Assembly (NCBI GenBank): GCA_015661075.1
Contig: JACVQJ010000003.1
Span: forward strand, 28,623-92,622
Reading direction: 5' to 3'
DNA: 64,000 bases
Source of the DNA: Parachlamydiales bacterium
Lineage (GTDB): Bacteria; Chlamydiota; Chlamydiia; Chlamydiales; SM23-39
The notes under the pieces were generated by a model that was not told where the DNA came from, did not search any database, and was given only the letters and a program-made list of their open reading frames with translations. Position numbers and translations under genes: made by a program. Numbering within the stretch: the first letter of the stretch is position 1; every line of letters begins with the position of its first letter. This document shows, in pieces, positions 55,936-64,000 of the stretch.

Positions 55936-56448
55936 ATGTCGTTTGAGAACGCCAAGGCGAATCTAAGAGAGTTCGGCAAAGAGCTGAATCTTGAAGGATT
56001 GCTTTTTGATGAAAATAATACCTGTATTCTCGGCATTGATAATGCCTTTTCATTGCATATCACATATGAACCCAACTCAGATCGTCTCTATCTCTATTCG
56101 CCCATCCTCGATGGACTGCCAAAAGATGATAAGATCCGCCTGAAGCTTTTTGAAAGGCTCTTAGAAGGATCGATGCTGGGCGGCCAAATGGCCGGCGGTG
56201 GTATCGGTGTGGCTCCCAAAGAAGAATTGATATTGATGCACTGTGTCCTGGATATGGGATTGGGCGTCGATGGCAATGCCTTGCGCCGATTTGCGCCTTT
56301 ATTCGTAGAAACTGTTGAAAAATGGCGCGAGATCGTCACCAAGATTTGTGCCGGTGAAGATCCAGGACCTTTTCAATTCCCCGTTCCCCAGCAGCAGATG
56401 CCATCGCAAATGTCAGCCAAGCCGGGCGAGCGTTTCATTAAGATCTAA
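55936..56448 (+). CDS. CesT/SycE-like class I type III secretion chaperone
   Basis: Start moved to MSFENAKANLREFGKELNLEGLLFDENNTCILGIDNAFSLHITYEPNSDRLYLYSPI... The pattern (..lgl..L.fde.g.c.l..d....) followed by ..LLEGSMLGGQ.. is the usual T3S chaperone layout, with a Pro/Gln-rich tail. Confidence 0.65.
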   Translation: MSFENAKANLREFGKELNLEGLLFDENNTCILGIDNAFSLHITYEPNSDRLYLYSPILDGLPKDDKIRLKLFERLLEGSMLGGQMAGGGIGVAPKEELILMHCVLDMGLGVDGNALRRFAPLFVETVEKWREIVTKICAGEDPGPFQFPVPQQQMPSQMSAKPGERFIKI

Positions 56449-57764
56449 TTTCGATTTATGCGGAGCGCTGGCAACGGTGCTCTGCGAACTAATTTTCTCA
56501 CAATCGCTTCGACAGGCTCTGCAAAAGGCGCCTGATTGGTTTCAATGGCATTTTTTACCTGTTTGACGCTGGACATGACCGTTGAATGGTCCCGATTGAA
56601 TAGGCGCCCGATTCCCTGAAAAGGCATTTCGAGCAGTGTGCGGCATAAAAACATCGCGATCTGGCGCGGCTGTGCGAATTCGCGCATCTGGGATTTTCCC
56701 GTCAAATCTTCCGTTCGGATACCGAAATGGACCGCAGTCTGTTTGATCACTTTATCGATCGTCAAAACCGATTCCGATTCTTTTTCCAAAAGATCTTTCA
56801 AAACCCGCTCGACATGAGGGATTTGAAGGTTTTTGGGGCATCTATGCGCGAGAGCGTGAAGCGCTTCGATCGATGCGTGGCTTTTGCTGGTAAAACGCAG
56901 AAGAAGAAAATCAATGAGTTCAGTGGAAGGGGACAGATCCAGAAATTTAGATTTTTGGTTCAGGATTTGCTTCAGTGCGGCCGGATCCGGAGGATGGAGA
57001 CTCAATGAAATGCCCCATTCAAAACGGCTGATCAGGCGCTGTTCGATATCCGGGAGTTGGCCGGGTGTGTCGTTGGCGCTCAAGATGATGGGTAGATCAA
57101 GGGTATGCAGAGAGTTGAAGGTGTGGAAGAATTCTTCTTGCGTGGCACTTCGGCGCGCCAGGAGATGAATGTCGTCGACGATCAGCGCGTCGATGGCCCG
57201 GTAAGCGTTGCGAAAATCCTGCATATGGCCCAACCGGATCGCCTGGACGACATGATCAGTAAAGGTCTGCGCGCTGACATAGAAAACCTTCTTGCCGAGC
57301 GCTTGCAGCGAGAGAGCAATTCCCATCAGCAGGTGCGTTTTGCCTGAACCGGATGGGCCGGAAAAAAATACCGGATTAAATCCGCATTTTCCCGCGCGGG
57401 CGATTTCATTGGCTGTTTCATATGCGATCAGGTTGGCGCTCGATGGCAAAAACTGATCGAGGCTGTACTCCTTTTCGAGTGGATCGGGATTGATTATAAA
57501 AGTCAGCTCGGCTGTTTGCTGTTTAGAAATGATCCGCGTTTTTTCGAAATGAATTTTGATGGGGCGCTGATTGTTATTGCAGAAATTAAGCGGCATCAAG
57601 GGCCGGATCTGCTCTTCGAACCAGGACTGCTGGAAGGGCGTTGCCTCCAGAAAAATATTGGCGGCATCAAATCGCACGACCTTCATGGGTCTCAGCCACT
57701 GGGCCACTACTTCAGGGCCCAGTTTCTGTTCCAGCTTTGACAGAAGATCATCCCAAGCTTTCAT
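56445..57764 (-). CDS. dnaA: chromosomal replication initiator protein DnaA
   Basis: AAA+ Walker A GPSGSGKTHL, ..LIVDDIHLL.., and a C-terminal DNA-binding domain (..FNRDHSTVMSSVKQV..). Start moved to MKAWDDLLSKLE (57764), giving an ATGA overlap with the yidC stop. Confidence 0.93.
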   Translation of the reverse strand: MKAWDDLLSKLEQKLGPEVVAQWLRPMKVVRFDAANIFLEATPFQQSWFEEQIRPLMPLNFCNNNQRPIKIHFEKTRIISKQQTAELTFIINPDPLEKEYSLDQFLPSSANLIAYETANEIARAGKCGFNPVFFSGPSGSGKTHLLMGIALSLQALGKKVFYVSAQTFTDHVVQAIRLGHMQDFRNAYRAIDALIVDDIHLLARRSATQEEFFHTFNSLHTLDLPIILSANDTPGQLPDIEQRLISRFEWGISLSLHPPDPAALKQILNQKSKFLDLSPSTELIDFLLLRFTSKSHASIEALHALAHRCPKNLQIPHVERVLKDLLEKESESVLTIDKVIKQTAVHFGIRTEDLTGKSQMREFAQPRQIAMFLCRTLLEMPFQGIGRLFNRDHSTVMSSVKQVKNAIETNQAPFAEPVEAIVRKLVRRAPLPALRINRN

Positions 57765-59662
57765 TTTTTCACAGTTAACGCTTCTTCTTTCATTTTTTTC
57801 GTCAAATACCATTGCTGGAGGATCCCGAGAAGCGTGGATGAAATGAAGTAGATGTTCAATCCCGAGGGAAATCCGTAAAACATCACGGTAAAGACGATCG
57901 ACATGATATTGCCCATCATTTTTTGCTGTTTTTGGGAATCCGACAGGTCCTTCTCGTCCTTGGGCATTTTCGATGTCATTTTTTGCTGCAAGAACATGGT
58001 CGCGCCCAATATGATCGGGAGCAGGTGGAATTCATTTCCGATCATGAAGATCGGATAGCCCCAGCTAAAAAGAACGTCCGGCGCGGCCAGATTGTCGATC
58101 CATCCGGGAATAAACGATGCCCCTCGCAGCGGAAACGTCGATTTGAGCAAATAGAACATTCCGATCAAAAACGGCATTTGCAAAAGCATTGGAAAGCAGC
58201 CGCCGAAGGGATTGATGCCCTCTTGGCGATAGAGATTCATGACCTCCAGCTGGCCTTTTTTTGGATCTTTTTTAAACCGGTCCTGAATGGCTTTGACCTT
58301 GGGCGCCATTTCCTGCATCCGGACGGTCGATTTGATCGACCAGTTATTGAGCGGATACATCATCAATCGAAGCGCGATCGTCAGCAAAATGATCGAAAAA
58401 CCCCACGAGCCGGATATGGTATAAAACAGCTTCAAGAGCAAATAAAGAAATTTTGAGAAGGGCTGGGAGATAAAAGAGAACCATCCCTGGATGCTTTGCG
58501 CATCCGCGTAATCGGGATTATATCCTTTCAGCGGGTCGTCATAGAGTTCGTCCAGTTCTTTTAAGAGAGTGTCGTCGAAGGGACCGGCAAAAACACGAAA
58601 GGTCTGCGCAGCTCCGCTTTTTAAGGGCAAATAGGTCGAGTATCCCGGGAATTTATCCGCCGGATAGGGTTGGTAGGCGGCGTCGATGACCGTCATGCGG
58701 GTAGGCACCGTGGCGCCAGGGATTTTTGCCGCACGGTAACCGGAGGCGATATCAGTCAATGGATCCATGATCAGGCCGAGAAATCCATTCGAATTGCTGA
58801 TCCAATGCGGCGATACGGAAGTGACGATCATGACGGGGTTTTTGTCAGACAGATCGATCGTCTCGACATCGGCTGTATTGTTGCGCATGATCTGGTAGCG
58901 GAGCATTGGGCTGAAGCTGCCGCTGAGCATTTCTGCTTCCGGCACTCCGGAAGAAAGCCATAATCCGCGCGCGTCGCCCTCGATTTGTATGCTCGCTTCA
59001 AAGCAGTAAGGACCATTTCGCTCTTCCGGAATAGTAAATGTCTTGATGATTCGGCGCTGGGCCTGGCTCGCTTCAAACTGGATTAGATTTTTTTCAAAGC
59101 GCGTGACCCTGTATTCCAGCGATGATATTTCGGAATCGTCGCTCACGATGTTCATGGCGTAATACTGAGGATCTAGCAGATGACGGACAGTTCCGTCCGC
59201 TTGATAGATGGAGCGGCGGAGCAGAGGATAGTAGCCGCCGATCGTTCCTTCGGATATGTTGGAAGAACCCGCTTGATAGGCCGGCTGCGATGGAAAATGG
59301 GCATTGGCCGGATCGTCTTTCACGATCAGGCGGTCAAATCCGATCTCTTTGACAAGGCTTTTGGATGTTTTTCCGGTTTTCAGAGGCAGGTTGATTTCGG
59401 CCAGACTTCCGCCTCGCGATGAAAATACCAGCTGCTGATATTCGTTTTCCAAAACGTAAAGTTGTTCCTCGCCTTTCGCTGTATTTTTCGCTGCCAGTCT
59501 TTGGGTTTGCTGCACAACGGGGGCTTCCGTGGCCACTTGTTGCGATGTCTGTTGTGGCGCCGGCTTTGAATCTTTGTTGCCCCACTCGAACCAGGCTTGA
59601 ATGCCAAAGAAGGCAAGGCTGACGCAGGCGATGAAAAGCAAAGAGCGTTTGTCCATGATCAA
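57761..59662 (-). CDS. yidC: membrane protein insertase YidC
   Basis: 633 aa: an N-terminal TM, a large periplasmic domain and the conserved C-terminal 5-TM core (..MQEMAPKVKAIQDRFKKDP..LYRQEGINPFGGCFPMLLQMPFLIG..). Confidence 0.93.
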   Translation of the reverse strand: MIMDKRSLLFIACVSLAFFGIQAWFEWGNKDSKPAPQQTSQQVATEAPVVQQTQRLAAKNTAKGEEQLYVLENEYQQLVFSSRGGSLAEINLPLKTGKTSKSLVKEIGFDRLIVKDDPANAHFPSQPAYQAGSSNISEGTIGGYYPLLRRSIYQADGTVRHLLDPQYYAMNIVSDDSEISSLEYRVTRFEKNLIQFEASQAQRRIIKTFTIPEERNGPYCFEASIQIEGDARGLWLSSGVPEAEMLSGSFSPMLRYQIMRNNTADVETIDLSDKNPVMIVTSVSPHWISNSNGFLGLIMDPLTDIASGYRAAKIPGATVPTRMTVIDAAYQPYPADKFPGYSTYLPLKSGAAQTFRVFAGPFDDTLLKELDELYDDPLKGYNPDYADAQSIQGWFSFISQPFSKFLYLLLKLFYTISGSWGFSIILLTIALRLMMYPLNNWSIKSTVRMQEMAPKVKAIQDRFKKDPKKGQLEVMNLYRQEGINPFGGCFPMLLQMPFLIGMFYLLKSTFPLRGASFIPGWIDNLAAPDVLFSWGYPIFMIGNEFHLLPIILGATMFLQQKMTSKMPKDEKDLSDSQKQQKMMGNIMSIVFTVMFYGFPSGLNIYFISSTLLGILQQWYLTKKMKEEALTVKK

Positions 59663-59819
59663 ATACCTCTAGGTTCCGACCACTTTATCAAATCGATCCA
59701 AACATGGAAAGGGGATATGCATTGCAAATGGTTTTGAATAAATTACTATCTTTTGTTAGCATGCGATTAAGCAGCAAATAAACTTTGGTTGAATTTAATT
59801 ATTAATATCGAAGGTGTGC

Positions 59820-60959
59820 ATGTCTAAATTAAAATCTGTGTGTTTGAATATGATCGTGAAAAATGAGAGCAAGGTCATTCGGCGCTGTATCCATTCGATC
59901 CGGAGTCTGATTGATTATTGGGTCATCGTGGATACCGGTTCGACGGACGGAACGCAGGAGATCATCAAAGAAACTCTGAAAGATATTCCCGGAGAGCTTT
60001 ATGAGCGTCCCTGGAAAAATTTTGAGCATAACCGCAATGAAGCGATGCGGCTGGCGTATCCAAAGGCCCGATATCTGCTATTTATCGACGCCGATGAAGT
60101 ATTAAAGGCACCGAAGAATTTTTCGCTCGGGACGCTCGACAAAGATATCTTCCTAATCAATGTCCAGCTTTCGAGCGGAACGATGTTTACCCGTCAGTTC
60201 ATGATCGGCACGCGCATTCGATGGTTTTGGAAAGGCGTCGTTCATGAGCAGGTATATACAGATGTCAAGAGCACGACCCATCGCTTTTTGGAAGACGCCT
60301 ATCTATATGCCAGCGATGACGGAGGGAGAACAGGCCAGGATTCCAGCGTAAAATTTCTCCACGACGCTGAAGTGCTCGAAGAGGCTCTCAAAACCGATCC
60401 TCGCAATAGCCGCTACGTGTTTTATCTGGCCAACAGTTATTCCCACGCAAAAAAACTGGATCTGGCTTTGCAGAACTATGAAAAAAGAGTTATCATGGCA
60501 GGCTGGGATCAGGAAGTCTTCTATTCTCTCTATTGCATCGGCCGGATCCAGAGTGAGATGAATATGCCACCCGAGGTATTCATCAATAGTTATTACAAAG
60601 CGTATCGCTATCGGACGACTCGAGCCGAGCCGCTCTTTTGGATCGCACATCACTACATGGAAATCAAGGACTACGAAGCTGCGTACGAAGTTCTTGTCAA
60701 GGCGGTCGAAATTCCGCTTTCCAAAGACGCCATGATGGTGGAGCACAGCATTTATGAGCATGCTTTGAAATGGATGTTTGCCGACTGTCTATTTTCATTA
60801 AAAAAATACGAAGAGGCCGAAAAAATATATCAAGAGCTTATGGCCAAGCCCAAATTGCCGAAAGAAGTTCGCCCGGTCATGATGCAGAATATGAAGCAGA
60901 TTCAAAGATATCTGCAAAAGACCAGGAAATCGGGTGAACTCCCGGAGCTTGGTTTTTAG
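59820..60959 (+). CDS. family 2 glycosyltransferase fused to TPR-like helical repeats
   Basis: ..VCLNMIVKNESKVIRRCIHSIRSLIDYWVIVDTGSTDGT.. and ..FIDADE.. indicate a GT-A fold. The C-terminal half is TPR-like. ATG 59820 is preferred over the listed GTG 59814. Confidence 0.8.
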   Translation: MSKLKSVCLNMIVKNESKVIRRCIHSIRSLIDYWVIVDTGSTDGTQEIIKETLKDIPGELYERPWKNFEHNRNEAMRLAYPKARYLLFIDADEVLKAPKNFSLGTLDKDIFLINVQLSSGTMFTRQFMIGTRIRWFWKGVVHEQVYTDVKSTTHRFLEDAYLYASDDGGRTGQDSSVKFLHDAEVLEEALKTDPRNSRYVFYLANSYSHAKKLDLALQNYEKRVIMAGWDQEVFYSLYCIGRIQSEMNMPPEVFINSYYKAYRYRTTRAEPLFWIAHHYMEIKDYEAAYEVLVKAVEIPLSKDAMMVEHSIYEHALKWMFADCLFSLKKYEEAEKIYQELMAKPKLPKEVRPVMMQNMKQIQRYLQKTRKSGELPELGF

Positions 60960-60969
60960 ATATGGCTTT

Positions 60970-62415
60970 TTACATTTCTGGTTTAAAGCTGCATTCCGTT
61001 AGAGGAATCAATTTGGTTCGATTCCAGAACTTGAATCCTAAGTAAAACATCATAAAAATTGGCAATCCAATATAAGTTCCGATCAAATTGTCGAGGTTGA
61101 CATTATGAAGGATCCATGCATCGAATTGTTGTCCCGCGATGACGAAAACGCATAAAACGAGCGCAAAGATCGAGCCAAACGGAAAGCCTTTGGCAAGATA
61201 GGGCAAGTCGGAGAGTTTGCGGCCTTGCGCCAGGTATGCTTTGCGGAAGCGGTAGTGGCAAAGCGCGATGCCGAACCATGCAATAAACCCGGTTAAGCTC
61301 GAAATATTTAATAGCCAGACAAACAATTGCCCGCTTCCGACCTGGGATGACAAAAATACGGCTGCGCTAATAATTGAGGTTAACACTAAAGCAGCAATGG
61401 GAATGCCATGTCTTTTTGACGTGGTCATTAAAAACCGGGGTGCATTTCCTTCTCGGGCAATATGCCACAATGTTCGGGCGGCTGTGTACATGCTCGCGTT
61501 GGCTGCAGAAAGAATCGCTAGCAAAATCACAATCGTCATGGTGACCTGAGCAAAATGCAAGCCGGCCATCTGCAAAATAATCGTAAAGGGGCTGGCTCCG
61601 ACATTGGTGGTGCTCGCGACAATCAATAGAGGGTTGTTATAAGGAACCAGAAAACTGATGATACCCATCGTCAGGATGTAGAATATAACAATCCGCCAGA
61701 AAACATTGCGTACTGCTTTCGGAATGCTGGTCGTCGGGTCTTTGGTTTCTCCGGCGGTGATTCCAAAAATCTCCGTGCCCTGGAATGAAAACCCCGCAAT
61801 CATCAATACGCTCATAAAACCGACCCAGCCAGAATGAAACGGCGCGTCATCGATAGTCCAGTTGGTCCAATCGAGGGGTTTTTGATGTCCGACGATCCCT
61901 AAAATCACGAAGATGCCGATCAAGATAAACAAGATGACGGCGGCTACCTTGATGCCTGAAAACCAATATTGCATCTCGCCGTAAAATGCGACGGGTACGA
62001 TGTTCATTAAGACAATCAATACGAAAAAGATCACTGTCCAGGCGAAAAATGAAATCTCCGGAACCCAGGTGTGTATGATCAGCGCTGCGGCAGAAAGGTC
62101 CACCGCTGTGGTCACAGCCCAATTGAGCCAGTAATTATACGACATCGCAAATCCAAAGGCCGGATCAACGAAGCGAGTCGCGTAGTCGCAAAAACTGCCT
62201 GTTGTGGGAAGCAGCGTGGACATTTCGCCCAGGCTCGTCATTAAAAAATAGACCATCATGCTCATGATCAGGTAGGCAAGTAGAGCACCTCCGGGCCCCG
62301 CCGTATGAATGGCGGTGCCGCTGGCGACAAAAATGCCTGAACCGATCGAGCCGCCGATAGCGATCATCGCGATATGACGCGCGCTAAGCCGTCGATGCAA
62401 CGAGTTACATTCCAT
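60970..62415 (-). CDS. APC-family amino acid permease, LysP-like
   Basis: ..RRLSARHIAMIAIGGSIGSGIFVASG.. closely parallels the E. coli LysP N-terminus (..RRELKARHLTMIAIGGSIGTGLFVASG..). 12 TM helices. I prefer the start at MECNSLHRRL (62415), because 62416-62645 looks like a structured leader. The listed start at 62496 remains possible. Confidence 0.85.
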   Translation of the reverse strand: MECNSLHRRLSARHIAMIAIGGSIGSGIFVASGTAIHTAGPGGALLAYLIMSMMVYFLMTSLGEMSTLLPTTGSFCDYATRFVDPAFGFAMSYNYWLNWAVTTAVDLSAAALIIHTWVPEISFFAWTVIFFVLIVLMNIVPVAFYGEMQYWFSGIKVAAVILFILIGIFVILGIVGHQKPLDWTNWTIDDAPFHSGWVGFMSVLMIAGFSFQGTEIFGITAGETKDPTTSIPKAVRNVFWRIVIFYILTMGIISFLVPYNNPLLIVASTTNVGASPFTIILQMAGLHFAQVTMTIVILLAILSAANASMYTAARTLWHIAREGNAPRFLMTTSKRHGIPIAALVLTSIISAAVFLSSQVGSGQLFVWLLNISSLTGFIAWFGIALCHYRFRKAYLAQGRKLSDLPYLAKGFPFGSIFALVLCVFVIAGQQFDAWILHNVNLDNLIGTYIGLPIFMMFYLGFKFWNRTKLIPLTECSFKPEM

Positions 62416-62478
62416 ATAAAATCCAGTAAAAAAATATATGCAGAAAAGTCCCCAAAGAAATGGACGACTCGAATCGAT

Positions 62479-62645
62479 GCGAAGGGCTCCACGCATTGCG
62501 TGACAGTGTTAATCCTTTCGCAATTAACACTACGGAGCTGTCTAATAATAAACTGATATGATTTCGGCGCTTATCTCCTGGACACTGCTTCCATGGCGTT
62601 GGGATGCCTCGACAGTGCTTGTTAGTAAGCGCACCTCTTCTGCGG
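62479..62645 (-). promoter_or_regulatory. candidate lysine riboswitch (L-box-like) leader of the LysP-like permease
   Basis: The minus-strand RNA gcAGAAGAGGUGCGCuuacuaacaAGCACUGUC..cagugu..uaaGCGCCGAAAuc..GUGUUAAUugcgaaaggAUUAACACUGUCACGCAaugCGUGGAGCCCUUCGC shares the order and sequence of L-box core blocks as I remember them: AGAGGUGCG, GCUGUC, GCGCCGAAG, and hairpin + ACUGUCACG + hairpin + GAGAGCC. P3 would be unusually short. Confidence 0.55.
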
Positions 62646-62651
62646 TCACTG

Positions 62652-62681
62652 ATTCTACGTAAATGTTGGGATTTTGTTCAA
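62652..62681 (-). promoter_or_regulatory. sigma-70-type promoter for the riboswitch-like leader
   Basis: On the minus strand: TTGAAC (62681-62676), 18 nt, TAGAAT (62657-62652). This places the transcript start just before the AGAGGUGCG block. Confidence 0.5.
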
Positions 62682-62792
62682 AATATTTAAAACCTGGCAC
62701 AAAAAAATAGAAGCCGCTGCATCAATTTAACAATTCTTGACCATAAGTTAGGGATTAGTTAAACTTGTCGCTTTATTTAAAGGAATGATTTT

Positions 62793-64000
62793 ATGGCGGC
62801 AACTAATCAGTATTTGCAAGATAATTTACACTATAGACCTCTGAGTGCACATCTTGGAAGGGCAACCGTTTGGACAGCCACTGAATTACAAAAAAACGCA
62901 TCTGATTCGGCATGGCATGGAAGGATTGTCACTGTCCTCTCAAAAACTATTGTAGCCGTTGCCGCGCTCGCTTGCATACCTCTATCTTTAATTGAATTAG
63001 TAAGCAGCTTCGTTTTGGCATCAATCGCTGGTTGTTTCAATAAAATCCTTTTTGATAACAGGAGCGAATTCCTGCAAAAGCATACGCTTAAGCTCCTCTC
63101 TTTTTCTATACATAGCGCGCTCGGAACGGTAGCTCTTGTGTTCTTGTTCTATAAGAACTGCCGGGGGCTTAACTTGAAGTGTCACACCCTTTCAGCAGTT
63201 GTCGATCACAGCATCCATCTCGGCATAGCGATCTTTGTTCAGGCCACATATGGAGCTTACTTAGACCGCCAGGCGGGAAGGGATGAAAAATTATTTGCTA
63301 CTCGAATCATCAATTTATTCAGAGACAGTCATCCCAGATTGATTCAGGATCTCAGGAGACAAATTGAACGCGATGCAGGAATTCTCCTTTCCGTCTTAAG
63401 AGAAAGGATTGTAAATGCACCCGCTGTGAGCACCTATCTCGGGCAACATCTTGAAGCGCGAAATTTCATAATGACTTTTGACCTTGGCACGTTTATCTCC
63501 TCCGTAGAATATCGCCGGCAGGCGGTTGGAATCGTTGGAAGTGTCCTTACCGATTTACAACTGGCCTCTCCGATGGGCGCCCAACAGTGGGATTTAAACC
63601 AACATAGACCCGATGAATCGCGGTATCAAGATCATCTTGCACAGCTCATCAAAGAAGCATTCCTCGAAATTCATAACAAACCCGATCTTTGGCACGGTTT
63701 AGACCAGGAAGAACTGCCGGGTAATGAACTTTTGGAATGTATGGATGCGACTACATTTACACCGCTTGCAGCAGCGGCGGCCTATCGGGAAATTCTTGAA
63801 GATGGGATGTATTGCCCTGAACAGTTTGACGGCAATCTCGCTCAGTACAACGGACGAAGAGAACAAATTATTGAAGCCAAACAGATTGTTGGAGGGTTAA
63901 CCCAAGCTCAGAAAGATCAGCTCTACCAAAAAATCATTAGAGGATCCGATTACAATGTCGATAATCAATGTATTCAAGAGGCTTTTTTGAAAATCAGCGC
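62793..64000 (+). CDS. Inc-like hypothetical membrane protein, 3' end outside the window (not in the ORF track)
   Basis: My translation from ATG 62793 stays open to the window end (>400 codons): MAATNQYLQDNLHYRPLSAHLGRATVWTATELQKNASDSAWHGRIVTVLSKTIVAVAALACIPLSLIELVSSFVLASIAGCFNKILF... About 44 polar residues are followed by a bilobed hydrophobic segment (aa 45-82), the layout of chlamydial inclusion-membrane proteins. Further hydrophobic stretches follow. Confidence 0.6.
   Translation, partial: MAATNQYLQDNLHYRPLSAHLGRATVWTATELQKNASDSAWHGRIVTVLSKTIVAVAALACIPLSLIELVSSFVLASIAGCFNKILFDNRSEFLQKHTLKLLSFSIHSALGTVALVFLFYKNCRGLNLKCHTLSAVVDHSIHLGIAIFVQATYGAYLDRQAGRDEKLFATRIINLFRDSHPRLIQDLRRQIERDAGILLSVLRERIVNAPAVSTYLGQHLEARNFIMTFDLGTFISSVEYRRQAVGIVGSVLTDLQLASPMGAQQWDLNQHRPDESRYQDHLAQLIKEAFLEIHNKPDLWHGLDQEELPGNELLECMDATTFTPLAAAAAYREILEDGMYCPEQFDGNLAQYNGRREQIIEAKQIVGGLTQAQKDQLYQKIIRGSDYNVDNQCIQEAFLKIS

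Noticed and set aside
62416-62478. Intrinsic terminator as the expression platform of the riboswitch-like leader (U-run at 62428-62434, minus strand).
   Set aside because: I could find only 4-5-bp stems directly preceding the U-run. A 9-bp pairing between GCAGAAGAG (5' of the aptamer) and CUUUUCUGC exists, but it does not form a conventional terminator. The mechanism is left open.
62565-62635. tRNA-like stem (gcgctta...taagcgc enclosing agcactg...cagtgt) in the permease upstream region.
   Set aside because: It is only ~66 nt and has no T-loop (GTTCGAATC-type) or D-loop consensus. It is better explained as the P2 arm of the lysine-riboswitch-like leader.
1-64000. Search for transposase/IS, integrase, prophage, toxin-antitoxin or known defence-system genes that could explain the mobile repeats.
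   Set aside because: None of the ORFs shows DDE/HUH transposase, recombinase, phage structural or defence-system motifs that I can recognise. The MITE-like elements therefore appear non-autonomous within this window.

Overview
The window looks like a chromosomal segment from an environmental member of the Chlamydiae. The blocks lpxD-skp-bamA-recR / fabH-fabD-fabG-acpP, pdhABC, yidC-dnaA, lgt and two tandem DUF21-CBS hemolysin-like genes are arranged as I remember them in chlamydial genomes. A CesT-type type III secretion (T3S) chaperone and Inc-like/effector-like ORFs fit the same origin. By eye the DNA is less AT-rich than Chlamydia or Protochlamydia; I did not compute this. I support about 60 protein genes. 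Most are housekeeping, tightly packed, and many show ATGA start/stop overlaps. I corrected several ORF-track starts and added four ORFs the track misses: two small lipoproteins and two ORFs cut by the window edges. I found no CRISPR array, transposase, prophage or recognisable defence system. The unusual content is mostly non-coding. (1) Two families of miniature inverted-repeat elements (A: five copies; B: two copies) have terminal inverted repeats and 5-bp flanking direct repeats that look like target-site duplications. They sit next to gene starts, and no transposase is in the window. (2) A stem-loop repeat family (C, with adjacent module D) shows compensatory stem changes between copies. 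Two copies bracket a visibly AT-rich, effector-like gene as ~200-bp direct repeats. (3) Further palindromes include a 259-bp nested one at the 3' end of a GxxExxY gene relic, a perfect 28-bp-stem hairpin and a 116-bp convergent-gene palindrome. (4) Two RNA elements are absent from the ORF track: an SRP (4.5S) RNA, and a lysine-riboswitch-like leader with its own promoter upstream of a LysP-like permease. (5) A translationally coupled three-gene signalling operon encodes a 12-TM TLC/MFS-like + HEAT protein, a cNMP-binding protein and a HAMP + degenerate PP2C-like protein. All functional calls come from motif reading by eye; no searches were run.
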